From an uncultured Sangeribacter sp. (lineage in GTDB: Bacteria > Bacteroidota > Bacteroidia > Bacteroidales > Muribaculaceae), in the NCBI GenBank assembly GCA_964640375.1, contig CAZXGU010000001.1, positions 1 through 55,254 of the forward strand: DNA of 55,254 nt. The letters run 5' to 3'. A program made the position numbers and the translations under genes. Below the pieces are notes generated by a model. The model was given only the letters and a program-made list of their open reading frames with translations. It was not told the origin of the DNA and did no database searches. Shown piece by piece: positions 8,357 through 18,300 of the stretch. Position 1 is the stretch's first letter; each line of letters begins with the position of its first letter.

Positions 8357-10606
8357 ATGAAAATAAAACTAACCAATATATTAGCCATCATTTCCTTTAC
8401 CATGCTTGCCTTGGGCTGTAAGGATGATATAACTCCGTCGGGAGGGGAACAAGTGACAGATAAGTTGACCGAACAAATCGGTCATTTAGCTGCCTATCAT
8501 AATCTGAGTGTTCCTGGAAGCAAGGGATGGAAAATTGAAGAGACTCCTCTCTGGGCCACTCCTGTAAATAAAGAGGGAGCTGCCGGCTCTCAAATCCGAA
8601 TGTTGATTGAATCAAATATCAATGATTCCGACCGTGAAGGCTGTCTGAAAGTCAGATTAGCCGATAATTCTCTGATAGAATATAATCTTCATCAATACTC
8701 ACGCTTATCCGACGATAACAATGCCAGAGTTAATGAAGAGTATCTTGAGTTGACTCGGGGAGTGGGCTATGCAATTGATGTATTTGGACAAACCGAATTT
8801 GGCACGGAAAAATATGATATGAAATATGAGGTGGTTAATGTTGAGAAGCTTAACCATTACCTCGATTCCATAGGTGAGCCGGATGCCTTCATAGATGAAG
8901 ACCGTTATTATTCAGAATCCAATAGTTTTGTGGGTTCTTCAATTTCAGCGGTTGCTAATAAAATCTCAGTATCAGCTGGCATAGAGGGAGAAATAGGGGC
9001 ATTTAAGGGTTCGTTAAGTGGGTCGTTTGAAGACTCGAGCACAGTCAACGATACTACCGGTTATGCTCTTAAAGAGATAAAACATGTGGTTGGCTCGCGT
9101 TATCTAAGAGCCGGAGTCCTACGCGAGGCATTGGCCAACGGAGGAAAAGATATTTTTACTTCAGATTTCATTTCTAAAGTGGAAGCTATGGGCGACAATC
9201 CTCAGATTGAAGACCTCCGCAGTTTTGTAAATCTTTTCGGCACTCACATCATCGTTTACGGGGAAATAGGAGGTGCCATGCAGTTGGCACTCGAAATGCA
9301 CAGCACCCGGAAGATTTCGGAAAGAGACATTTCAGCAGCTCTTGAAATCACGGCTGGAAAGGCCGTTAGCGGTGGTGCAAATGTTGATATAAAAGATCAG
9401 ACACAGCATTTTGCAAGTTCTTCAAAAATCTCATTCTGTAGTTTTGGGGGCAACAACATAATTGACCCCATATACCCAGGCACCGATTTTAACACTGCCA
9501 TGCAGAATGTGATTACAGCCGAAAACCTTTCTCATTTTGTTGACGGACTCTCTACTAAAGAGAATGCCAAAGTGGTAGATGTTAAACTGATACCGCTCTC
9601 ATCGTTAATTGCCAATGAAAACACAGCCAAGCGGTTGCATGAATATATTGTTAATGACTATCAATTTGAGAAGACAGGAAATCATTCGTTGAAATATGCC
9701 GTGTCAGGCTTCTCAACTCAAGACAACTATTGTGGTTCGCTCTATCTTCCGGAGATTGATGTTAGAATGGAATATTATAGAGAGTCGGTGCCTGAAATTT
9801 CATCCGATAGCCGTTCCACTATTGTCTATTCAGGCACAGGTTATGGCATGAGTTATGATGTTGGCTTCTTCTTAGGTGACGGAAAGCATAAACCGGGAAA
9901 GCTTAGAAAGCAGAGGAATGGTTCCTTCAAGTATGAGCCTCTGGATATCAGTCTTAACCAGATATCAACGCTCTATGTGGATGCTTCCGGCGATTTAACC
10001 CTTGCTCCGTCGGGATATGCTTCAGATTATATTAATAAGAAGTTTGAAAGCCATCCCATGCCTCCTTCAACAGATATTTCCCCTGCACACACTTTAAAAG
10101 AGCTTAGTGAATTTTCTCCTGAGGGATATGATATAAGCGCTCGCACACTCGACCATAATAAATGGTCCTATTTCCCGGCTTTAATGAGGATAGTTGGCCG
10201 AACAGCCGATTATCAGTCAAACAAAGAGATAGTTGATTTTATTAAGACCGGCAAAGCGTGGATTAATATGGAGCTCGAGGGTTTTAGCTGGTTGCAGGGA
10301 GATCCTGAATTTACTGCATACTATTTCAATCGCAACAACTCTGAATGTGGAATCGGGTCTGCATCGATGCCACAGAATTGTGAGGAATTTATGGATAAAA
10401 ATATTATCTATAAGAATGGTAAACTTACCTTGAGATTTCTTATACCTGCCGGAGCCACTTCAATGGCAATGGAGATATTCCCTTATCTCAGTCAGCGTGG
10501 GTGGGGAGATAAGTTTGCAAAAGATAAGAATGGAAATGAAATATGGCCTTCGATGTATCTTACCTATGAAGATGGAGTCAAAGGCGTAACACCACGGTGG
10601 CGATGA
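8357..10606 (+). CDS. BACON + MACPF lipoprotein 2 with roughly 300-aa C-terminal extension
   Basis: Lipobox ALGC; BACON-like segment; GVGYAIDV; FGTHIIVYGEIGG; SFGG; long extra C-terminal region. Confidence 0.88.
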   Translation: MKIKLTNILAIISFTMLALGCKDDITPSGGEQVTDKLTEQIGHLAAYHNLSVPGSKGWKIEETPLWATPVNKEGAAGSQIRMLIESNINDSDREGCLKVRLADNSLIEYNLHQYSRLSDDNNARVNEEYLELTRGVGYAIDVFGQTEFGTEKYDMKYEVVNVEKLNHYLDSIGEPDAFIDEDRYYSESNSFVGSSISAVANKISVSAGIEGEIGAFKGSLSGSFEDSSTVNDTTGYALKEIKHVVGSRYLRAGVLREALANGGKDIFTSDFISKVEAMGDNPQIEDLRSFVNLFGTHIIVYGEIGGAMQLALEMHSTRKISERDISAALEITAGKAVSGGANVDIKDQTQHFASSSKISFCSFGGNNIIDPIYPGTDFNTAMQNVITAENLSHFVDGLSTKENAKVVDVKLIPLSSLIANENTAKRLHEYIVNDYQFEKTGNHSLKYAVSGFSTQDNYCGSLYLPEIDVRMEYYRESVPEISSDSRSTIVYSGTGYGMSYDVGFFLGDGKHKPGKLRKQRNGSFKYEPLDISLNQISTLYVDASGDLTLAPSGYASDYINKKFESHPMPPSTDISPAHTLKELSEFSPEGYDISARTLDHNKWSYFPALMRIVGRTADYQSNKEIVDFIKTGKAWINMELEGFSWLQGDPEFTAYYFNRNNSECGIGSASMPQNCEEFMDKNIIYKNGKLTLRFLIPAGATSMAMEIFPYLSQRGWGDKFAKDKNGNEIWPSMYLTYEDGVKGVTPRWR

Positions 10607-11892
10607 ATAAATATCTGTTTATAATTTTTTCACTACTTTCTATATTTATCTCGGCGTGTGAGAAAGAATCTCACACGCCGGGATTCTCAACTTCTCTTCC
10701 TTCTTATTTAGAGTTGGATGCCAGTTGTCAGGTTTTGGAGATACCCTTGGGAGGAATTGGGAATTGGAGGGCATCAACAGATTGCAAATGGCTCACCGGA
10801 ATAGACACCTTGGGCAAAGAAGGGGAGTCGTGTAGAATATACATCGAGCAAAATGATGGTCCCGCTCTTAGAAAAGGCAAAATGACAGTTTATCCCGAAA
10901 AAGGTGAAGCGGTTGACATATTTTTGGATCAACTCCCCATTGATAGCAATGGATGGGAAGATGTGGTCAAACTCCCGCATAATTTCGGAATAGGTTGGGG
11001 ATATGATGCCAAGACCGAGGTGGCGGATATTTCTGGAGTTAGAGGGCAGATATTTAATGCAGAGGAACTGAAGAAAGTATATAAAAATAATAAAGCATCA
11101 GTTGCCCTAAACAGCACCGGAGTTTCTCAGGAGCTTATCTATGATAATTCAGCAGAAGCAATCTCAAAGAAAATCAGCACAACAGTTTATGGTGAAATTG
11201 ATCTTAAAGCTGCCTCCGTTAAAATAGAAGGAGAGTATGCTCAGCAAATTTCGGAAAAAAAGAATCGCCTGTATGTATGGTATCGCGACTGGCGTCAAGT
11301 GAAAGTTTGCTACATCACCGTTGATATCCGTGATAAAAACAGAGCTCCTCAATGCTTCACCTCCCAATTCTCTAAATGTATTTCAGACGTAGCCAATGGC
11401 AAGATGACTCCGGCTGAATTTGTAAAAACGTATGGCACTCATTTAATCCAACGCTCTTTCTTGGGTGGAAAAATGGATTATTATTTCACAGTTAGCAACG
11501 ACATTAAGGAGAAGGTTGAGACCATCACTCTTACTGTATCGGTAAAATTTTTAGGGATTAAAAAGTCTTCCTCCAGTGTAAAGGAAAACACGTGGATTGA
11601 TATTAAGAAAGACTTTATAGGTAATTTCTATGTGAAAGGAGGAGGCGGTGTTGGTGCTGATGTTTCGGCCTTATTCGCTTTCTATTGCAATCGAGGAGAG
11701 GCGTTGCCAGAAATATACAGCGGAAAAATTGAGGAATGGCAGAAAGTCTTTTCTAATCCAAATTTAGTTAATCCGGAAGATCTCACGCTTGTTAACTTTT
11801 ATGTTCAACCTATATGGGATATAGTTAAGATGCAAGAATCAGAGGCGGCAGAAAAGATAGAGAAGTATATCAGAGAGGAATATTTGAGATGA
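10603..11892 (+). CDS. BACON + MACPF lipoprotein 3
   Basis: ATG 10603 overlaps the upstream stop (ATGA); lipobox ISAC; BACON-like; GIGWGYDA; YGTHLIQRSFLGG; VKGG. Ends after the MACPF domain. Confidence 0.88.
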   Translation: MNKYLFIIFSLLSIFISACEKESHTPGFSTSLPSYLELDASCQVLEIPLGGIGNWRASTDCKWLTGIDTLGKEGESCRIYIEQNDGPALRKGKMTVYPEKGEAVDIFLDQLPIDSNGWEDVVKLPHNFGIGWGYDAKTEVADISGVRGQIFNAEELKKVYKNNKASVALNSTGVSQELIYDNSAEAISKKISTTVYGEIDLKAASVKIEGEYAQQISEKKNRLYVWYRDWRQVKVCYITVDIRDKNRAPQCFTSQFSKCISDVANGKMTPAEFVKTYGTHLIQRSFLGGKMDYYFTVSNDIKEKVETITLTVSVKFLGIKKSSSSVKENTWIDIKKDFIGNFYVKGGGGVGADVSALFAFYCNRGEALPEIYSGKIEEWQKVFSNPNLVNPEDLTLVNFYVQPIWDIVKMQESEAAEKIEKYIREEYLR

Positions 11893-12905
11893 GTTTTTTT
11901 GTGCGAAAGATATTTAATCTAATCTTAATTTTTATCCTACTATTTACAGGCGGATGTTCTGATAATGACCCCGCGCAGTCAACAATTGCCACGAATAAAA
12001 AAGTTATTCTTGTCAGTCCTATTGGAGGATTTGGAGATGCCGGATATAATGACTTGATTATGCGAGGGGTTATGCAGGCTTACAAATCTGCTGGATTCCA
12101 ATTATCAATAATATATCCCTCCGAAGAGGAGGAGGTAAGGAGGTTGATAGAAGAATTTTGCGTTGTGGAAGTTGACTCTCCCCATCTCCTTTTCTTGGCC
12201 GACAGTAATTATAGCGTTTTTTTACCACGTCATTGTTCCTTGCCTGAAAATAAAAAAATACTTGTGTCGGATGTTTCAAGAGAAAATGTGCCGGAAGGAA
12301 TCACATCTTTCAGCATTAGCAGAGCCGGAGTGTATTACCTTGCGGGTCGAATGGCTTCTCCTCATTGTAGCGCAACTATCATAGCCGCTATGCCGGGCGA
12401 TCAACGTCTTGAAGAGGCTATTAGCTCTTTTCAGGAAGGATTCGGGAAGGAGGTGGAGGTGGTCTATTTAGACGAGGATGAGAAAGGGTATAACTCCCCC
12501 GAAAAAGCATATAAGAAGATGGGGGAAATTGATAATTCTTTCGTTATCCCTCTTGCAGGAGGGTCAAACAACGGCATTTATAAATACTCTCGTGAACAAG
12601 ATTTCTGGCTCTCCTTAGTCGCCGGTGCAGATATAGATTGCCAAAAACTGAGCCCAAGGGTACCGTTCTCAGTTGTGATTCATATTGACCGGATAGTAAA
12701 AGATCTGTTAATGGAATGGATAAGTAGCGGTTTTAGAGAGTCGCATTATACTTTTGGGCTGACCAATTCAGGAACGGAGATAATCATTAGTGATGTTTTT
12801 TCAACTTGGTCTAACATCTGGGAGGATTATTATCTTGAAAATGATTATTGGGAGGAAGCGAAATATAAGTATTTTGACGAAGCTATTAGAAAAGATTTAC
12901 TATGA
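11889..12905 (+). CDS. BMP-family (type I periplasmic-binding fold) lipoprotein
   Basis: Lipobox TGGC; GGFGDAGYNDLIMRG; YLAG; PLAGGSNNGI; GADID motifs typical of BMP/PnrA-like proteins; ATGA overlap. Confidence 0.8.
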   Translation: MSFFVRKIFNLILIFILLFTGGCSDNDPAQSTIATNKKVILVSPIGGFGDAGYNDLIMRGVMQAYKSAGFQLSIIYPSEEEEVRRLIEEFCVVEVDSPHLLFLADSNYSVFLPRHCSLPENKKILVSDVSRENVPEGITSFSISRAGVYYLAGRMASPHCSATIIAAMPGDQRLEEAISSFQEGFGKEVEVVYLDEDEKGYNSPEKAYKKMGEIDNSFVIPLAGGSNNGIYKYSREQDFWLSLVAGADIDCQKLSPRVPFSVVIHIDRIVKDLLMEWISSGFRESHYTFGLTNSGTEIIISDVFSTWSNIWEDYYLENDYWEEAKYKYFDEAIRKDLL

Positions 12906-15007
12906 AATTCAAATTTATACTTTTGATATCACTATCATTCCTGTTAATATGTTCCTGCACAGACACTATTCCGGAAGATAAAGGTTCGAATGGGAAAAGC
13001 GTTTGCCTGGCAGTTGTTCTTCCGGGAGGAGAAGAGAAATGGGGGGACGTAGTGAACTGGTGTGTATCAAATCTCCGAAATTCGGGAGATACAGAATTAA
13101 GATTTCCAAGGATTGAGATCGAATGGAAAGATGAAAATGACAGTGATTTAGATGATTATCTTTATTCAGTTTCCCGAAATAATGATATAGATGCCATTAT
13201 CGGGCCATTCTCATCCACAAATGCTCGAAAAGGAGCGGAAGAATGTCGGCGCAGTGGGAAACCGATTCTCCTTCCGATGGCTACATCAGTAGAAGTGCAG
13301 CGACTCTATGCCGGATATGATAATATATGGAATCTTGTTGAAAGCGACTTAACACAGTGTGAGCTATTAATGCTGCAAGCCCGTCTTTATGGGAAAAAAG
13401 AGGTTAGTCTTTTGTCGTGTGACACTGATTATGGGAAAAGTTTCAGCGATTGGTTTTATTATTTAGCTGCGGAGGCCGGAATGAAAGTAGGGGAGATGCT
13501 CACTTATTCTAATGAGGGTGAGCTTCGCAATGACATAGATAAACTAATTGAGGATAACGGGCACTATAACAATGCTCTCATTTTTGTTCCAGACTCTGAT
13601 TCGGATTGTCTTATATTCGCCGACGAATATGAAAATATTGTAAACAAGAATCCAAAAAAGGAATTTCCTCAAGTGTTATGCTCGGATAATATGTTCAACC
13701 CTTCTCTGGTAGAAAAGATGGGAATGAGAAGTTATGAAGGTCTTGCTCCTTCCTCTGTTCCCGAATCCGGGTTTAATGAGGCTTACTATTCTCGTTTTGG
13801 AAGGTACCCAGTGCCCGGGGAAGCCCATGTTTATGATGCCATTCTAATGACAGTATACGCTTTCTTTTATGCCGGTATTAATCAATCCTCACTTAGAGAT
13901 GCCTTACATTCCATAACTTCCGGTAATGAAAAATGGAATTTGAGTTGGCTCCCCGACGATATGACTCTTGCTTTGCGCGAAATTGCCAGAGGCAAAAGAT
14001 TAAATCTTGGAGGAGTGACAGGCGACTGGACTTTCGATAGAAACAATAAGACCAGTGTTTTAAACACCACCTACTGTCATTGGCTCTATTCAAAAGGGGA
14101 ATACAGTATATTAGAATACCTTTCTACTGATGGAGGAGTAAGAACTACCTCCCAAACACAGGTATGGGAAAGAAAAAATTCTGAATTGCAGGAATTAGAC
14201 ACCTCTTCTGTTGAGATTGATTACCCTGCAAAAGAAAATAATTGGGCTTTGGTTATTTCAACTTCTGACGACTGGGCGAATTATCGTCATCAGGCAGATG
14301 CTCTTTCAATTTATCAACTCCTGAAAAAGAGGGGTTTCGACGATGACCATATCCTTTATGTCAGTGAAGATAATATTGCGAATAATCCGGCAAATCTATA
14401 TCCGGGAACGGTGAAGGTGCGCCCCGATGGAGAAAATCTTTATTGGAATGTGAAAGTGGATTATCATTTGAGCCAACTAAAAGTTACCGATTTGGAGAGT
14501 TTGTTGACAGGAAAGAGAAGCATAGATTTTCCGGAAGTAATTGAAAGCGGAGAGAACGACAATATTTTTATCTATTGGTGTGGACATGGAATGAGCAATT
14601 CCTTAGCTTGGGGCGAGAAACTGATGAGCAGTCAATATTTGGCTTATCTTTTTCGAAAGATGAGCGAACAAAAACAGTTCAGAAAGATCTTCTTTGCATT
14701 AGACGCATGTTATAGTGGAACTATAGGTCGAGCATGCGAGGGGATACCAGAAATTTTGGTGATGACAGCTGCCAATCCTTTTGAACCATCCAAGGCTGAC
14801 ATGAAGGATCCTGAGATGGGAATTTGGCTCTCAAACGGATTCACTCGCGCTTTTGAGGAGACACTATCCGAAACTACTGATATTTCTATTCACGATCTTT
14901 ACCATATTCTGGCAAGACATACTGTTGGAAGCCATGTAATGCTCTATAATTATGTAAAATTCGGGAATATGTATGAAAATCGAATGAGTGAATTCTTTCC
15001 CGATTGA
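12902..15007 (+). CDS. Lipoprotein: type I (LIVBP-like) binding domain fused to a C13 (legumain/GPI8-like) peptidase
   Basis: Lipobox ICSC; AIIGPFSS, DYGKSF and YDA motifs; then NWALVISTS..WANYRHQAD, NIFIYWCGHG (His) and LDACYSG (Cys). Confidence 0.9.
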   Translation: MKFKFILLISLSFLLICSCTDTIPEDKGSNGKSVCLAVVLPGGEEKWGDVVNWCVSNLRNSGDTELRFPRIEIEWKDENDSDLDDYLYSVSRNNDIDAIIGPFSSTNARKGAEECRRSGKPILLPMATSVEVQRLYAGYDNIWNLVESDLTQCELLMLQARLYGKKEVSLLSCDTDYGKSFSDWFYYLAAEAGMKVGEMLTYSNEGELRNDIDKLIEDNGHYNNALIFVPDSDSDCLIFADEYENIVNKNPKKEFPQVLCSDNMFNPSLVEKMGMRSYEGLAPSSVPESGFNEAYYSRFGRYPVPGEAHVYDAILMTVYAFFYAGINQSSLRDALHSITSGNEKWNLSWLPDDMTLALREIARGKRLNLGGVTGDWTFDRNNKTSVLNTTYCHWLYSKGEYSILEYLSTDGGVRTTSQTQVWERKNSELQELDTSSVEIDYPAKENNWALVISTSDDWANYRHQADALSIYQLLKKRGFDDDHILYVSEDNIANNPANLYPGTVKVRPDGENLYWNVKVDYHLSQLKVTDLESLLTGKRSIDFPEVIESGENDNIFIYWCGHGMSNSLAWGEKLMSSQYLAYLFRKMSEQKQFRKIFFALDACYSGTIGRACEGIPEILVMTAANPFEPSKADMKDPEMGIWLSNGFTRAFEETLSETTDISIHDLYHILARHTVGSHVMLYNYVKFGNMYENRMSEFFPD

Positions 15008-15321
15008 TGTTAAAATAAGTTAAAATTCTTAACATGTTAATTAACTTTTCATTCTGCAATTTTAAATTCTTAATCGTGCTTTAGCTATTTTAAATGGGAG
15101 GTGCATTCAAAAGATATGGTTGGTATAAAATTTTTTTATTCTTTTCATCTTCTATATAGATTTGTAAATCAATGATATAAAAACGGCTTTGTGAATTAAT
15201 TGAAAAAAAGTTGAAAAAAAATTGACAAAACTCAGAACAATTTTTGAGTTTTTTGATTTTATATGTCAAACAGTGTTAAATTTTATTCCATAATTCTAAT
15301 TTTAATTAATTCTATCAAGCT

Positions 15322-18300
15322 ATGACTAGACACTTTAGTTGGATCGCGATCTCCTCAGTTATTTTGGGATCATCCATCTACTCCTTCTCAGAGAAGGTCA
15401 CACTCAACGAAGCTCAATCGTTAGCTACTGAGTTTGTAAAAGCAAAAACCGGCAATCAGAATGCCGAAGTTTCGCTCAAGCCTGTATTCACAGCCGGCAC
15501 AGAGTCTAACCCCCTCTATTACGTATTCAACTTAGCCAATAATTCTGGCTTTGTAATGGTATCAGGGGAGAACACGACATCACCCGTGCTTGGATATTCT
15601 TTCGAGGGTGCATATCCTGTGAAGAATATGCCCGACGGAATGAAATGGATGCTCTCAGGTATTGAGCGTGAAATCAAGAATGCGCCTTCAGTTTCAAGCA
15701 CAATGGCGGTAAGCGACCTTCGAAAGGTTGCTCGCAAGTCGGCCGAAAAGGCAGACAAAAAAGAGCTTAACACTCCGAGTTGGAGTCAGGAAGGTCCCTT
15801 CAATGCCATGATTCCTGGTCAGCCTCTTGTTGGTTGTGTCGGAACAGCTATGGCAACAATAATGAAATATTATAACTATCCGGCAGCCGGAACAGGCTCT
15901 TTCGACGGAGTTGATTTCGCAACATCCTACGACTGGGATAATATGCGTATGGACAACTACCGCTCGGGTTATAGCCAGACAGAGGCTGATGCCGTTGCTA
16001 CTCTAATGTATCATGCATCTAAGAGTATCGCCACTCAATACGCCATGTCAGGGTCGAGCGCTTACGAGGTTCGCGTGCCAGGCGCTCTTTCCACATATTT
16101 CGGATACGATCCCGGAGTTTCATATAAAAAACGTTCTGAAGTGGCTTCTCAGCAGGCATGGGATAAACTGGTAAAAGATGAAATCGACGCCGGTCGCCCC
16201 GTTCTCTACTGCGGACAAGATGTAACGGCAGGTCACGCATTCGTTTGTGACGGTTACGATGGAGAATTTCTTCATTTCAACTGGGGATGGGGTGGTTCAG
16301 CCAACGGTTACTTCCGCAGCACAGCTCTCAATCCTACAGTAAGCCGCCAGCACTTCTACAATAACCTGAACACTATTATTTATAATATCAAGCCTTCGAG
16401 CGGCACGATGACTGCTTGGTCGCCAATCCATATCACAGCCGATGGTAATCAGGTCGGTATGGGCGCCAACTTCACAAGTCTTGCATCAGGTGAAACTTTC
16501 TCAGTAAGAGTAGGAAACCTTAAGAACGTTACTCACGACGATTTTGCCGGTAAAATCGCTGTAGCTCTCTGCGATGCCAACGGTAGAATGAAAGCTCTGC
16601 TCAATTCGCCTTCAAATTTCACAATGCAGTCAATGGGTTATCTTTTCGACGGTTACATGACTTTCTCCAATTGCAAGCTTACTGCCGGAACTTCAGTTGC
16701 AGATTCCGACCGCGTAAGAATCGTGACTCAGGCGAATGGTCAGACAGAATGGCTCCCGGTTGCCGGTGAACTCCTCACAATCAACGAGCTAAATCCTTCC
16801 GGCAGCAGCGCGAAGATGTTTAACGTCAACTTCCCCTCGGGATTAGCAGGCGTAACAGTAGAAGGTTCAGCAAATGTAATTCCCGGTTGGGATTACACCT
16901 TCAAGGTTGTTCCAGGCAATCCAGTTGAAGATGTAGTGACTGTAAAAGCCAACGGCGTCACTCTCATAGCCTCCGGCAATAGCTACTCTATAAAGAACGT
17001 GCGCGAGGATCAGAACATCAGCATCCTTGTTCAAAAAGCAGCCGACGTAAAAGAGAAACGTTCAATCTGGGTAGGAACTCCCGGAACACTTTCCTCAATT
17101 ATACCGGAGTCGGAGACAGGAACTATTAAAGATCTCACTCTCTTCGGCACAATCGATGCTCGTGACTTCACATTCATGAGAAATTCAATGAATCTCACTC
17201 GTCTTGACATCTCAGGCGTAAACATCACAGCCAATGGTAACGATCAAGCAAATGCAATTCCCCGCGAGGCTTTCCGTGGAAAAGGAGCTTTGAAAGAGGT
17301 TGTGTTGCCCTCATCAGTGAATCGTCTTAACAACGGATGTTTCCGCCAGTGTGGAATCACTTCAATTTCTATCCCCGGAAATGTAAATAAATATGAATAT
17401 AACATCTTCGTTGGTTGCACCGCTCTACGTGACATCTATGTGGGTCGTACAAACGCTGAATTTATCAACTGGTGTGTGCTTTCAGGTGTTAAGACCGACC
17501 TTGTAACCCTCCATGTTCCCAATCAGGCGGCAGTAAACAATTACAGCAAGGCAGAAAACTGGAACACCATTTCCAATATCATCGTTGATTCTCCTGTGGC
17601 AAGCAACAACGTTCTCTTTGCGGTTCAGGAAAATAACGAAGTTAAATTTGAAACTGCTTCAGAGACAGGTTCTTTGCAGAAAGGTTCGGTTGTTTCATTC
17701 AAGGCTTCTCACATCGCCGACAACGACAACAAGATGGAGGTTTATGCCAACAACACTCGCCTTGTTCCCAATGCCGAAGGCCTCTACAATGTTACCCTCG
17801 CCAACAACACCATTATCCACTTCGAGCTAACTTCTCCCATGGCAGTTGATTCTCAGAAATCAACTTGGACTCTCACTGCTAAGAACGGTTCAATCGGTAT
17901 GTTCTCAGATGCTGTGAATGTGATTCCCCGACAAGAGTTCACAATCCGTCTTAACGCCCTCAACATACCCGCCGGTTACGATCAGGCATATTGGGGAGCC
18001 GCTCTCACAGACGCAGCTGGCAATATCAAGGAATTTATCTCTCCGGTGAATGTTTGGTCGGCAGGACCCGGCGATAGCCACAAGCTTAATGTGGTTTGCA
18101 AGGTGAACGATTCTAATGTTCGCGAAGGCAACCAGATTCGTATCGTTACCTCTTTCAATAAGAAAAACTGGAACGTTGTGAAGGGTGCTAATGCAGAGAT
18201 CGTAGATGCGCTTCCGGCTCTCAACAACATGACTCCGGTCTATAACATCAATGTTCCCTCGGTTGATAATGCCTCGGTTTCAGGTGTGACTTCAACAGCG

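Noticed and set aside
11889-15007. ABC transporter operon
   Set aside because: Binding-protein folds are present, but there is no permease or ATPase in the window.
15222-15269. Inverted repeats aaaactca/tgagtttt and ttgaca/tgtcaa upstream of the C10 gene (operator or invertible promoter)
   Set aside because: Short, in very AT-rich DNA, with no recombinase nearby and no -7 box between them; could be chance.
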